Assembly: GCA_050253415.1 (NCBI GenBank)
Contig: JBFWJC010000002.1
Location: 160,001-224,000, forward strand
DNA: 64,000 bases
From: Pedobacter sp.
GTDB lineage: Bacteria > Desulfobacterota > Desulfuromonadia > Desulfuromonadales > Syntrophotaleaceae
Direction: 5' to 3'
The notes beneath the pieces were generated by a model, which worked only from the letters and a program-made list of their open reading frames with translations, ran no database searches and was not told the DNA's origin. Shown piece by piece: positions 1 through 8,748 of this stretch (within the stretch, counting starts at the first letter, position 1; the number at the start of each line of letters is the position of its first letter). Position numbers and translations under genes: made by a program.

Positions 1-333
1 AGATTGGTCGAACTGCTCCTGCAGCAGCGCGGTTGGCGCGTTACTGCCGTGGCGGATGGTCTCCATGCTCTGGAAGTATTGCAAAATAACCAATTTGATC
101 TGGTACTGATGGATATCCGCATGCCGCGCCTCGATGGCCTTGAAACGACCCGTAGAATTCGCCGTCGAGAACAGAGCCTCGGCATGTCGCCGTTGCCGAT
201 TGTCGGCATGACCGCCCATGCCGCCATGCAGGATCGCACCATGTGCCTGGAGGCAGGGATGGACGATCATCTCAGCAAGCCCATTGCTTCGAATCGTCTT
301 TATGCCATGGTCGAAAAATATCTGGCTGGTTAG
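1..333 (+). CDS. C-terminal response-regulator receiver domain (partial; likely hybrid histidine kinase)
   Basis: FDLVLMDIRMPRLDG ... TAHA ... GMDDHLSKP receiver motifs; ORF runs off the window start. Confidence 0.85.
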   Translation, partial: RLVELLLQQRGWRVTAVADGLHALEVLQNNQFDLVLMDIRMPRLDGLETTRRIRRREQSLGMSPLPIVGMTAHAAMQDRTMCLEAGMDDHLSKPIASNRLYAMVEKYLAG

Positions 334-634
334 TGCCCTGTGCGGCTGCCCCCCGTCTTATGATTCGGACGCGCATTAAAGCTATCAGCGGTGGGTCGAC
401 TTTACTTAATGCGTGGCCAGGTTTGCCTTGCCTGTTTTGGTAGCGCCGGGAATGTCAACAAATGATGTGAGGCGACTGACCTTAAGGTATGGGTTTCTGG
501 TCGTTTAGAAGACCCTGGTGCTTGGTCGGTATGTCTTTTTCTAACCGTTCGAGATCAGGAAAACGCCGTTTACGGCAATGATTTTTGCAGGCCGATTTTT
601 TTCATAGTCTGAAAAAAATCGGCCGAAAAAAAAC

Positions 635-662
635 TTGACATACACGCAAACGTCAGTATAAT
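635..662 (+). promoter_or_regulatory. Host sigma-70 tRNA promoter (TTGACA-16 nt-TATAAT)
   Basis: Perfect -35 (635-640) and -10 (657-662) upstream of the tRNA 5' fragment. Confidence 0.85.
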
Positions 663-723
663 CCAGCCCATCGCTACACGAGATTCCTGGTTTCTTCAGG
701 AAGCACGCTCGGGTGTGATAGTA

Positions 724-749
724 TTCCCTGGTAGCTCAGTTGGTAGAGC
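724..749 (+). repeat. attL: 26-bp direct repeat equal to the 5' end of tRNA-Asn
   Basis: TTCCCTGGTAGCTCAGTTGGTAGAGC is identical to 41828-41853; the tRNA sequence breaks off after it. Confidence 0.93.
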
Positions 750-770
750 GAGTGATCGCCTAAAAATAAT

Positions 771-806
771 AAAAGCCCGCAGGTTGTTGAATCTGCGGGC
801 TTTTTT
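771..806. terminator. Bidirectional intrinsic terminator between attL and the integrase 3' end
   Basis: AAAAGCCCGCAG-loop-CTGCGGGCTTTTTT. Confidence 0.8.
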
Positions 807-901
807 GCGTCTTTTTGGCTACAAGGCAGTTTTTGTCTTTGCGGTTAAATCGTCTTTTCTGTTGTAAAAACAGTAAGTTACAATTTGTAGACCTGTGCCG
901 T

Positions 902-2380
902 TTAGCTGCTTTTGGTGGGTGCTTTTGGGCCTTTTTTGGCTGCTGGCAAGTGGATCCTGGCGGTGTGTTCCCCGGCGGCGTTCCTCGGGAACGGGTAGGT
1001 TATGAGCGCGTAGCTGCTGTATAGGCTGACCTTGGTTATGGCGACGGACAGGACTTTGCGCTGCTCCGTTTCGCTGAGCAGGTCGAACTCTTCCCGGGTG
1101 ATGGACAGGGCATCCCAGTCGGGTTGATCCGGTCGGGTGGCTTCGATCTTGCGCCGACGCTCGCGCAGTGCGCCGATGGATGCTTCAATGTCCTGCATTT
1201 TTGCCCGGGCGTCTTCCATGCGCAGGATCCCGTCTGCGATGGCAGCGACCAGGTTATTCTTGCGCTGTTGTTCCTGGTGTTCTTCGCGGTCGATGGCTGC
1301 GAGCTGCTCTGAGGTGGTGTCCTGGCTCTGGGAGGCATGCCACCATGTTTTAAGTTTATCGGTGCTGCTCAGCGTACCGAAAAGGTTGGTGAGCACGCGC
1401 TCGTTGAGGGTGTGCTGTGGGATCATTCTGGACCGGTCGCATGCTCCTGCCGTGTTTTTGGAGCGGCAGCCATAGTAATCGATGCGCGTGCCGTCGTTGC
1501 GGGTGCGACTGTTGCGCCAGGTCTTGACGGTGAGATCGCAATAGCCGCAGCGCAGCAGGTCCAGGTTGGACAAGAGGGCCGCGGCTTCGCGTTTGACGCC
1601 GTTGGTCTTGCGGGTGCGTCGACTGGATCGGATGCGATCGGCTTGCTCGGCGTCCATGACGGGAGTCCAGGACCCTGCGACGATGTCGCCTGTCTCCGGG
1701 TCTTTACGCAGCGCTTGATAAAAGAGCAGTCTATCGTCGGATATGATGCGGCGGATGGAGATCTCCGCACGGCCGAGTTGTTCGGCGATGGCTTTGGCAC
1801 TGTTGGTTTCGGCCAGTTGCCAGATATGTTGACATTCGGCGAGTTGGTCGGTGTCAATCTCTACTTCGCCGGTGTTGCGATCGTAGCGGTATGGGGGTGG
1901 CGCTTTTCCGCCAAGCCATTTACCGGCGCGCAGTGCTTCGCGGCGGCCTTCTGCCATGCGGGCCTGCAGCACCTTCATTTCGACGGAGGAAAAACCGCCC
2001 TCCATCAGCAGGAGCATCCAGTCGCTGTGCTGCTTGGGGTCGAGGCTGCGTGATGGTGTTGCCAGTTTGACGCCGTGTTCGGCGCAGAGATTGAGCCAGC
2101 TGAGATAGTCGGCGAGGGTGTCGTCGCGGCTCAGGCGTGATAGTTCGATGACCAGGATCATGCCTATCTTGCCGGCACGTACGTCAGACTCAAGGCGTGC
2201 GCGTTCGCGCAGATCTTCGACCTTACCCTTGGCAGCACTGGCATGGCCGTCGTCATAGACTTCGACCTGCCATCCCTGCGATGAGGCGTAGGCCGGCAGC
2301 TGCTCGCGTTGGACGGTGAGCCGGTGGGATGGTTTGTTTTTGTCTTCGCGGGATTTGCGTATGTAGACTGCTGCGATCAT
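902..2380 (-). CDS. Large serine recombinase (phage integrase)
   Basis: YIRKS catalytic motif, SRLSR, recombinase domain, CGYC...C..C zinc ribbon, coiled coil; adjacent to attL. Confidence 0.93.
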   Translation of the reverse strand: MIAAVYIRKSREDKNKPSHRLTVQREQLPAYASSQGWQVEVYDDGHASAAKGKVEDLRERARLESDVRAGKIGMILVIELSRLSRDDTLADYLSWLNLCAEHGVKLATPSRSLDPKQHSDWMLLLMEGGFSSVEMKVLQARMAEGRREALRAGKWLGGKAPPPYRYDRNTGEVEIDTDQLAECQHIWQLAETNSAKAIAEQLGRAEISIRRIISDDRLLFYQALRKDPETGDIVAGSWTPVMDAEQADRIRSSRRTRKTNGVKREAAALLSNLDLLRCGYCDLTVKTWRNSRTRNDGTRIDYYGCRSKNTAGACDRSRMIPQHTLNERVLTNLFGTLSSTDKLKTWWHASQSQDTTSEQLAAIDREEHQEQQRKNNLVAAIADGILRMEDARAKMQDIEASIGALRERRRKIEATRPDQPDWDALSITREEFDLLSETEQRKVLSVAITKVSLYSSYALITYPFPRNAAGEHTARIHLPAAKKGPKAPTKSS

Positions 2381-2434
2381 GCGGGTAGAGTACCACCATA
2401 AAAAAACGAATTGATTAGGCTTGAAACAAAGGGC

Positions 2435-3175
2435 CTAACCAACATATATCTCATTTATTTCCCGGCAAAGTCCGTCAACATCAGGAAATAGAGTGTAATG
2501 GCTAACACCAAATTTTTTAAGGAACTTTCTAATGTTTTGGATTGAATCATCAGGTATTTCAATCTTTCTAACATATTCTGGAAACTCGACTTCTATCGGC
2601 AAGACAGAGGCACCATGTACAGTAAAAAGCCCTCTCTGCGCTACTATTCTTTCGTTTATTGATGGTGGATATATCACTACAGGTGAATCAATTGGACAAT
2701 TTTCTATATCGTCATTGTTTTGATTAACTATATCTATGTAGCTTGTTTTATTAAATTCTTTGCTCCATGTCGCTTCTATGTTTGGAACGCCAACAGAGAC
2801 ATCATTTAACATATATGGGTTTAAGATCCATACACATGGGGACTTAAACGTTTCTGCCGACGTTGCAAAAAATAAAGCTACTCCTAGGCTTTCTGTCCAA
2901 TCCAAAAGCCTTGTTGGTAAACCATGGTGCCTCATTGTGTAGGCGATATTCCAACAATATGAATCACTGTTGAATTTCCTATATTTGGACGCAAAATTTG
3001 CAAAAATACTTATTTCTTTATCCTTTTTTATTTCTTTTCTGAAAAGTGTTGGCTCAAGCTTCCAGCTTCCATTGCTATGTCCTCTGTAGATAAGAGAAGG
3101 GCCGGTTTCTTCCCATCCAAGTGACTTTTCTGCTTCTTCTATTTTCTCAAATATTTTTATGACAGAGGCATGCAT
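2435..3175 (-). CDS. FRG-domain protein (AT-rich moron)
   Basis: IYRGH..W.L.PTLFR and HHGLPTRLLDWT motifs; visibly more AT-rich than its flanks. Confidence 0.85.
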   Translation of the reverse strand: MHASVIKIFEKIEEAEKSLGWEETGPSLIYRGHSNGSWKLEPTLFRKEIKKDKEISIFANFASKYRKFNSDSYCWNIAYTMRHHGLPTRLLDWTESLGVALFFATSAETFKSPCVWILNPYMLNDVSVGVPNIEATWSKEFNKTSYIDIVNQNNDDIENCPIDSPVVIYPPSINERIVAQRGLFTVHGASVLPIEVEFPEYVRKIEIPDDSIQNIRKFLKKFGVSHYTLFPDVDGLCREINEIYVG

Positions 3176-3223
3176 AAAGGCCCCTTCTCCTTGTTCAGAA
3201 AAAAATGTAACTGCAGGACTAAA

Positions 3224-3559
3224 TCAATTATCAATATAAACCCGCTCAACGGGGAATTTGGTCGCTGGAAACTCAACGGTCATTTTGACCCTGTCGCCTT
3301 GTTTCATGCGTCCGCCATTGACCTCTTTGCAGACTTTTTTGTTGTCGCCGGTCACTCCGCAGACATCGACATTAAGCAGGGAGGATTGCGCGCCCGCTCT
3401 GGCCAGGGTGATGGTGATGTTGGCGGCGCTGGCTCCGTAGCCGTTGCGGTACATCTTATTGACCTTGACGCGCCAGACGTCGTTGCGATGGGCGAGGGCC
3501 GTGGTGGCTATGAGCAACAGGCTTGCTATGAGTATCAGTTTTTTCAATGTACCCTCCAA
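3224..3559 (-). CDS. Secreted hypothetical protein
   Basis: Signal peptide KKLILIASLLLIATTALA. Confidence 0.65.
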   Translation of the reverse strand: MEGTLKKLILIASLLLIATTALAHRNDVWRVKVNKMYRNGYGASAANITITLARAGAQSSLLNVDVCGVTGDNKKVCKEVNGGRMKQGDRVKMTVEFPATKFPVERVYIDN

Positions 3560-3569
3560 ATTATGTCGG

Positions 3570-3902
3570 TTATTGGCATCTTGTCACGCCGAGGACCTTC
3601 CAGCTTTCTCCACGTACGACTGAGCCATAGTCGATTATTTCAACCCGGATGGGCTGACCGGATATCCCATGTTCCGCCAGGACAAGACAAAAGTAATCGG
3701 CGTAACCGTCACGTTGGGACCCATTGTCAAAAACCCCGATTTTCAGGATGGAATCTGTCGCCCAAAGGGCATCTTTTACCTGGGGCTCCTGGTCGCTTTT
3801 TAGGTAGCGCACGACCTCTTGTTGCTGTCTGCTTTGATCGGCATGAACAACTGCGGCCACGGTGAATAAAAGAGATGCTGCAATAAAAACAAGTCGATAC
3901 AT
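3570..3902 (-). CDS. Secreted hypothetical protein
   Basis: RBS AAGGAG; signal peptide ending AVVHA. Confidence 0.65.
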   Translation of the reverse strand: MYRLVFIAASLLFTVAAVVHADQSRQQQEVVRYLKSDQEPQVKDALWATDSILKIGVFDNGSQRDGYADYFCLVLAEHGISGQPIRVEIIDYGSVVRGESWKVLGVTRCQ

Positions 3903-4287
3903 TTGTCCGATCTCCTTTTTTTTACCCTTCGCGTAAACAGTGTAACCTATGAACTTCCAATGAGTTTTATTTTTAATGAATCGTTCGTTCAGGCATATTA
4001 GTATGGCCGATTACGGTGAAGCCCGTTTTTTGTTTACCATGGCTTTTGATGCCAGGTATCCGGCTTTGGCCGATGCCATGATTGCCGGTTTGAGTTGGTC
4101 CTGGGTGTGGAGATAGTAGTAGAGCAGTTGTTCTTCGTCCCCCGTTTTTTTTTGCATAAACCCCTCCAAACAATGTTTTATAAATATGTAATTAATCACA
4201 TTTGGAGAGGTTAACTTATTTGTTGCACTCCGGCAACAAATATACCTTTTGTGGTATATTTTCCGCTTTTTATACGGTTTTTTGTAT

Positions 4288-4701
4288 ATGTCAGAGCTCG
4301 GATTAACAATTAAGCGGGTGAGATTATCCCGAAAGATATCCCAATCTGCGCTGGCCATTGCGGTAGGGGTGGCTCAGCCGCACATCTCGGAGATCGAGAC
4401 GGGGGACTGGGCTCCTCCACGTGATGTTTTGATACGTATTGCCAGGGAGCTGCAGGCGCCGGAGATTCTACTCGAGGCACTGCGTCACTCGCCTATTTTG
4501 CATGAGGTTTTGTCGATGCTCGGCGTCGATCAGCGCGACCCGTCACCGCATGTGTTGATCGACCTGATCCGCAAGGAGTTGACGCTGCTTGAGGGTGATA
4601 TTGCTTCTCAGGGTGCCGATCCTCAGACGCGGTCCGCCGGGTTGATCGAGATGTGTCGTATGTTGACGCTGATTTTGGCGGCCCGGTCTCATTCTGGCTA
4701 G
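4288..4701 (+). CDS. XRE-family HTH regulator
   Basis: IKRVRLSRKISQSALAIAVGVAQPHISEIETG HTH_3-type motif; start ATG 4288 chosen. Confidence 0.75.
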   Translation: MSELGLTIKRVRLSRKISQSALAIAVGVAQPHISEIETGDWAPPRDVLIRIARELQAPEILLEALRHSPILHEVLSMLGVDQRDPSPHVLIDLIRKELTLLEGDIASQGADPQTRSAGLIEMCRMLTLILAARSHSG

Positions 4702-4703
4702 TT

Positions 4704-5129
4704 TTACCCCTCTGTTTTGCTCATCTTTTGCGCGATGACACGCATGCTGGCCTGCACAAGCATGTCGCGCTGATCTTCTGCCGTCATCTGGTTATAGAGA
4801 TTGACCAGTAATGCGGCACCCTCCGATAGTTCCACTCCCTTTGCGTTGTATCCATCCAGGCTTTCTGCGACAAGTTCGGCGAGTTCTGGCGGCAGAAGGG
4901 GTTGTTTTTCCTCTTTTGGTCGCACCTCTCCTTCGCCGGTTTTTAGCCATGCATAATTTACCTTTGTCATAGCTGCTACTTGCGCAATGGCCCCATCGGG
5001 AACTTTCCCACGGTCACGCCATCGGCTAATCGTACTTTGATTTTTACCAAGGAAATCAGCTAGTTCCGTTGCTTTATCCACCCCGCAAGCCAGCATCATC
5101 CTTTTGATAATATCTTCAAAAATTGACAT
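4704..5129 (-). CDS. CI-like phage repressor (HTH, no S24 protease domain)
   Basis: ATELADFLGKNQSTISRWRDRGKVP...VNYAWLKTGEG; divergent from a cro-like gene. Confidence 0.8.
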   Translation of the reverse strand: MSIFEDIIKRMMLACGVDKATELADFLGKNQSTISRWRDRGKVPDGAIAQVAAMTKVNYAWLKTGEGEVRPKEEKQPLLPPELAELVAESLDGYNAKGVELSEGAALLVNLYNQMTAEDQRDMLVQASMRVIAQKMSKTEG

Positions 5130-5144
5130 AAGTAATTTTTCTTG

Positions 5145-5176
5145 TTGACAGTATTACAAAAGTCATTTATTGTCAT
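5145..5176. promoter_or_regulatory. Overlapping divergent promoters of the lysis/lysogeny switch
   Basis: Plus: TTGACA(5145-5150)-17-TATTGT(5168-5173). Minus: ATGACA(5176-5171)-17-TACTGT(5153-5148). Confidence 0.6.
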
Positions 5177-5323
5177 CACAGGCGTTAGGAGAAACCAAGC
5201 AAAACTAACGTGACAAAGGATTTCGGTGGACCTTTGCAGGTCAAACACAATCGTTTTTAGGGTTTTTGCAAAATCCCTAAAGATAGTCACTGCTGACATT
5301 AACAACAAGTAAGGAATTTCGCA

Positions 5324-5545
5324 ATGGAAAATTCGGGCACCGTACAGGTCGACACTGTCGCCACCGCTGATGCGGTCCGGGCCAGATACGGCTCGGTGTT
5401 GGAGTTCTGCCGGCAGGCAAGTATCCCCACGGACACGTTTTACAGGGCTGTTAAGGGGACTCGTGGTCATACGCGTAAAAAGAGTGCTCCGGCTTTGGTT
5501 GTGGAGCGTTTGAGGGCCGAGGGGCTGTTGGTTCTCAAGCATTGA
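5324..5545 (+). CDS. Cro/Ner-like small DNA-binding protein
   Basis: RBS AAGGA; small HTH-like protein divergent from cI. Confidence 0.6.
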   Translation: MENSGTVQVDTVATADAVRARYGSVLEFCRQASIPTDTFYRAVKGTRGHTRKKSAPALVVERLRAEGLLVLKH

Positions 5546-5598
5546 GCTTAGCAGGTTTTTTTGAAGTTTATTTTAGGGAGTTTTGACGGGGGCTAATC

Positions 5599-6084
5599 AT
5601 GGAAACAAGTCACAGGAGTCAACCGGAAGAGACGTTGAGGGAGTTTTTGTCCTCGTGGTGCAAGGACGGAGGTAAGGCTGCCGGGATAAATCTCAAGCGG
5701 CAGGCGGAACTTTTGGGGTTGCCGGAGAGTACGTTTGGTAACGCGATCAATCCGCACCTGAAGGCTATGGAGTACAAGCTTTCGTGGTTGATCCCTCATA
5801 TGTTGATCCTCAACAGTCTTGAGCCGATGAACTACCTGGCGTCTTGTGTCGGCATGGTGATGTTTAAGCTTCCGGATGCTCCTGGTGGGATCTCTGAGTT
5901 GCATAAGGAACTGGCTCTGTCGATCAAGGAGTTTGGCGATGTGGTGATGGAGACGGGCGAGGCGCTTAAGGATAACCGTCTGCAGCGTCACGAGGTGATC
6001 AAGATCGAGAAGGAGATAGACGAGGTTGTGCGTCAGTTGATGGGTTTTAGGCAAAAGCTCAAAGACAACATGGAGCGTTTGTGA
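5599..6084 (+). CDS. Phage CII-family regulatory protein
   Basis: Position after cro; ...KEFGDV...ALKDNRLQRHE..KIEKEI pattern resembles P2/186-type CII. Confidence 0.7.
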   Translation: METSHRSQPEETLREFLSSWCKDGGKAAGINLKRQAELLGLPESTFGNAINPHLKAMEYKLSWLIPHMLILNSLEPMNYLASCVGMVMFKLPDAPGGISELHKELALSIKEFGDVVMETGEALKDNRLQRHEVIKIEKEIDEVVRQLMGFRQKLKDNMERL

Positions 6085-6232
6085 TGGCCCAGCGCCCGTA
6101 CCAGATCACGCGAGAGCAGCTGACGGACGAGGAGTGGCATCACATGTCTAAGGTGATGTTTCCGGTCCTGTTGGAGGCCAAGCGCAAGGCTCAGGCGATT
6201 ATGGCGCAGCGCAAGCGCGAGCAAGCGAACTA

Positions 6233-6547
6233 ATGAAGCATGTCCGGGCGTATTTTAAGCCTTTTGTGGATGCTTTTAACCGTCTTGCAGACGCGGGTGA
6301 TGAAGAGTTTGAGGCCATGGCGACGGAGTTGGCGCTTGCGGGGTGTCCGTTTAAGCAGCTGACGATCGGGCAGGTCATGGCGTTGATGGAGCATGGCAGC
6401 CTTAAGTATTGGATTTCTACCAAAGGGGGTCAGGATGATCGGTTTCGGTTTGGTTCGGAAATTATTGGAGCGCCGCAAGGTAAAGAGTCGGTTGAACAAA
6501 CTGATGTTGATCCCGACGAATTCACGCCAGCCTTTAATTGTCCCTGA
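6233..6547 (+). CDS. Hypothetical phage protein
   Basis: ORF translationally coupled (TAATG) to a small upstream ORF. Confidence 0.5.
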   Translation: MKHVRAYFKPFVDAFNRLADAGDEEFEAMATELALAGCPFKQLTIGQVMALMEHGSLKYWISTKGGQDDRFRFGSEIIGAPQGKESVEQTDVDPDEFTPAFNCP

Positions 6548-7372
6548 TTTTTGCCCTGTGTGTAGCCGGTCTATACAGGGCCCTGTGTACAGACACAGGG
6601 AGATCACGCCGCAGGGCTCGCGGATCATCCTTGTTTGTCACCTTTGTGAGAGCCTTGGATATACGGACAGTGTTATCACCGCCGCTGCGCAAAGACAGGC
6701 AGCGGGTCACCAAAGTCGCCCAGGACAAGCCCACCTGGTCGGCTCCCACCAAGCCCCGGGCTAGTTCCTCCTTGCTGCCAGGCGGGTCGCCAGCCCGCCG
6801 GGAATTTTTACCGACTATTTCCGGGCCTCCCCTCCCGGTCCTGCTTAAAAGGGGCAAACGAGCCCGGAGAATCTTACTCCGGATCTCCGGGCTCGGACAA
6901 CCATCGGAGGGTATGGTGGATGTCACATGAGCTCTTATATCTGTTCCTGGTGCGGGGCTTATATAGGCCGCGCCGATACTCCGGAGGACAGTCATGGTTG
7001 TTGTAAGTCGTGTTTTACAAAAATCTTGGCAGAGGATGATCTTATTGCTGTGCCGGCTGGTTTTCCCCTGTCCCCCCTCGGGATGGCGGTGGCCAATGCG
7101 TGTTGATCATGCTCTCCACAGGGTTACGGCTTGGGTTGTAGCGTTTACCGTGTTGATGGTCGTCGGCCAGATAATGAGGGGGTTGTGTGGCGCGTAGCAA
7201 ATTTATAGGGGATATGCATAAAGCTGAGGCCAAAGTCAGGGCGGCTTTGGCTGGAGAGGTTCGGACGTTGACTCGGGAAGAGATAGACGAGATCGCGCCG
7301 ACTCTGCAGCCGCCGATTGTCGAAAAGCGCTGCCTTGAATATGGATATGTCGATGAGTGAGAGGCTAACGCC

Positions 7373-7606
7373 ATGATCTACCGAGACTGTAAGACCTGTA
7401 AGCACAAAGGACGCTGTTCGTCTGAGTCGGACCATTGCCGCGAGTCTATGTTTGCCCATGGTAATCGTGTACCAGCTCCAGAATGTGGTGAGTATAGCCC
7501 GCGTTTTACTCGTGGTGTTGATGGCGTTATTGATCCTGCTCCCTCCCCGCGCCCCTCCCAATACGGGGACATCACCAGTATTAATCATGGAGGTTCGGCA
7601 TGTTGA
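7373..7606 (+). CDS. Small Cys-rich phage protein
   Basis: CKTCKH..C...C; RBS GAGG. Confidence 0.45.
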   Translation: MIYRDCKTCKHKGRCSSESDHCRESMFAHGNRVPAPECGEYSPRFTRGVDGVIDPAPSPRPSQYGDITSINHGGSAC

Positions 7607-8205
7607 GTGTTCGTCTTGAGGGCCTTGATAAGGCTATGCGGATATTTGACGAACGAATCGTCAGTCGTGCAGCAAGCCAGACAATCAATGAGACGGTCCG
7701 TGGTGTTTGCACATCTACCAACAAAGAGATCCGCCAAGAGTGGAACGTCAAGTCTGCCGATCTCTCCAAAAAGTTACGGGCTATAAAGATGGCCCGAGCC
7801 ACAGACCTGGAAGGGATCGTCGAGGCACGCAGCACATCATTGAGCCTCAGTTATTTTGGTGCCAAGTCATATAGCGGCACCATGGTGCAGACAAGAACTG
7901 TTGGTAAGCGGTTGAAGCGGTCAAGCAGTCGAAGTGGTGTCTACGTGCAAATCAAGAGAGGCGAAGGCCAGACTCACAAGAAGAATGCCTTTATGACCGC
8001 AGTCAAGGCAGGCAAGGGGGGTGGCTATCACATCGGTGTGTTTGAGCGTGTGGGTAAATCACGTTTGCCCATCGTTGAACGTAAGGTCATCACCGTTGCC
8101 AGCATGTTCAACCAGGAGCCAGTGCAGCGCGTGGCAATCAAGACGATTGATGATGTCTTCCCCCGCAGGTTCAACCATCACATCGACAGGCTCATGTCAA
8201 AGTGA
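7600..8205 (+). CDS. Lambda gpZ-like minor tail/tail-completion protein
   Basis: Basic protein with IN.T...IRQEWNVK, AFM...GVFERVGKSRLPI, SMF pattern; RBS GGAGG. Confidence 0.6.
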   Translation: MLSVRLEGLDKAMRIFDERIVSRAASQTINETVRGVCTSTNKEIRQEWNVKSADLSKKLRAIKMARATDLEGIVEARSTSLSLSYFGAKSYSGTMVQTRTVGKRLKRSSSRSGVYVQIKRGEGQTHKKNAFMTAVKAGKGGGYHIGVFERVGKSRLPIVERKVITVASMFNQEPVQRVAIKTIDDVFPRRFNHHIDRLMSK

Positions 8206-8209
8206 TCAT

Positions 8210-8255
8210 GGGTCCTTCCAGGGGTCTGGCGCCATACGGGCAGCAAAGCCCCGGG
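8210..8255 (+). other. Putative cos site (cosQ GGGTCCT plus cosN-like sequence)
   Basis: GGGTCCTTCC followed by TACGGGCAGCAAAGCCCCGG, resembling the lambda cosQ/cosN arrangement. Confidence 0.5.
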
Positions 8256-8313
8256 CTTTGAGTCCATTTAAATTTTTGGTTTTCGGTGAAATATTGAATA
8301 GGTTTGGGTAAAA

Positions 8314-8748
8314 ATGGCGAGTTTTCAGGAGGTTGCAAAAGTTGATACGGTGCGCGGTCGGGTTTCCTGGCTGCCGCCGGACGTGGTGGCCGAGTTGTCG
8401 GACCGGTTTTTCGATGCGCAAACCTGTACGGACTGGTTCCTTGCTCGCTGTTATCCGCAGGGGCCAGCATGTCCTCGCTGCGGGTCGGCGATCACCGGAG
8501 AGCGTGCTATCGACCGGTGGCGATCGCTGCAGCGCCTGACCTGCACGAGTTGCCAACGCAAAATCAAAGCGACCACCGGGACGCTGCTGCAGGAGGCGCA
8601 CCTCGATCCGCGCCAGCTGTTTGTGTTGCTGTCCATGCTCGGTCTCGGTGCTGATCCTGCTGCTGTCGCCCGTGTGATCGGTGTGACTGCGGCCACGGTT
8701 TTGGCATGGCGCGATAAAGTTGTCGCCCTGGCGGAGGTCGGCCTGTGA
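8314..8748 (+). CDS. Zinc-ribbon plus HTH protein (IS1595 transposase N-terminal-like, no DDE domain)
   Basis: YPQGPACPRCG...LTCTSCQRK..ATTGTLL..A; C-terminal HTH. Confidence 0.65.
   Translation: MASFQEVAKVDTVRGRVSWLPPDVVAELSDRFFDAQTCTDWFLARCYPQGPACPRCGSAITGERAIDRWRSLQRLTCTSCQRKIKATTGTLLQEAHLDPRQLFVLLSMLGLGADPAAVARVIGVTAATVLAWRDKVVALAEVGL

Noticed and set aside
725..760. Second intact tRNA at the left end
   Set aside because: Only the first 25 nt match; no anticodon or T arm follows.
757..892. Short matches to the attR-proximal region (CGCCTAAAA/TTTTAGGCG; TTTGTAGACC) as integrase binding arms
   Set aside because: Only 9-10 bp and not symmetric about the att core; could be chance or accessory-factor sites.
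902..2380. Phage integrase as the integron integrase
   Set aside because: It is a serine recombinase, lacking the tyrosine-recombinase RHRY residues, and it lies 12 kb from the array.
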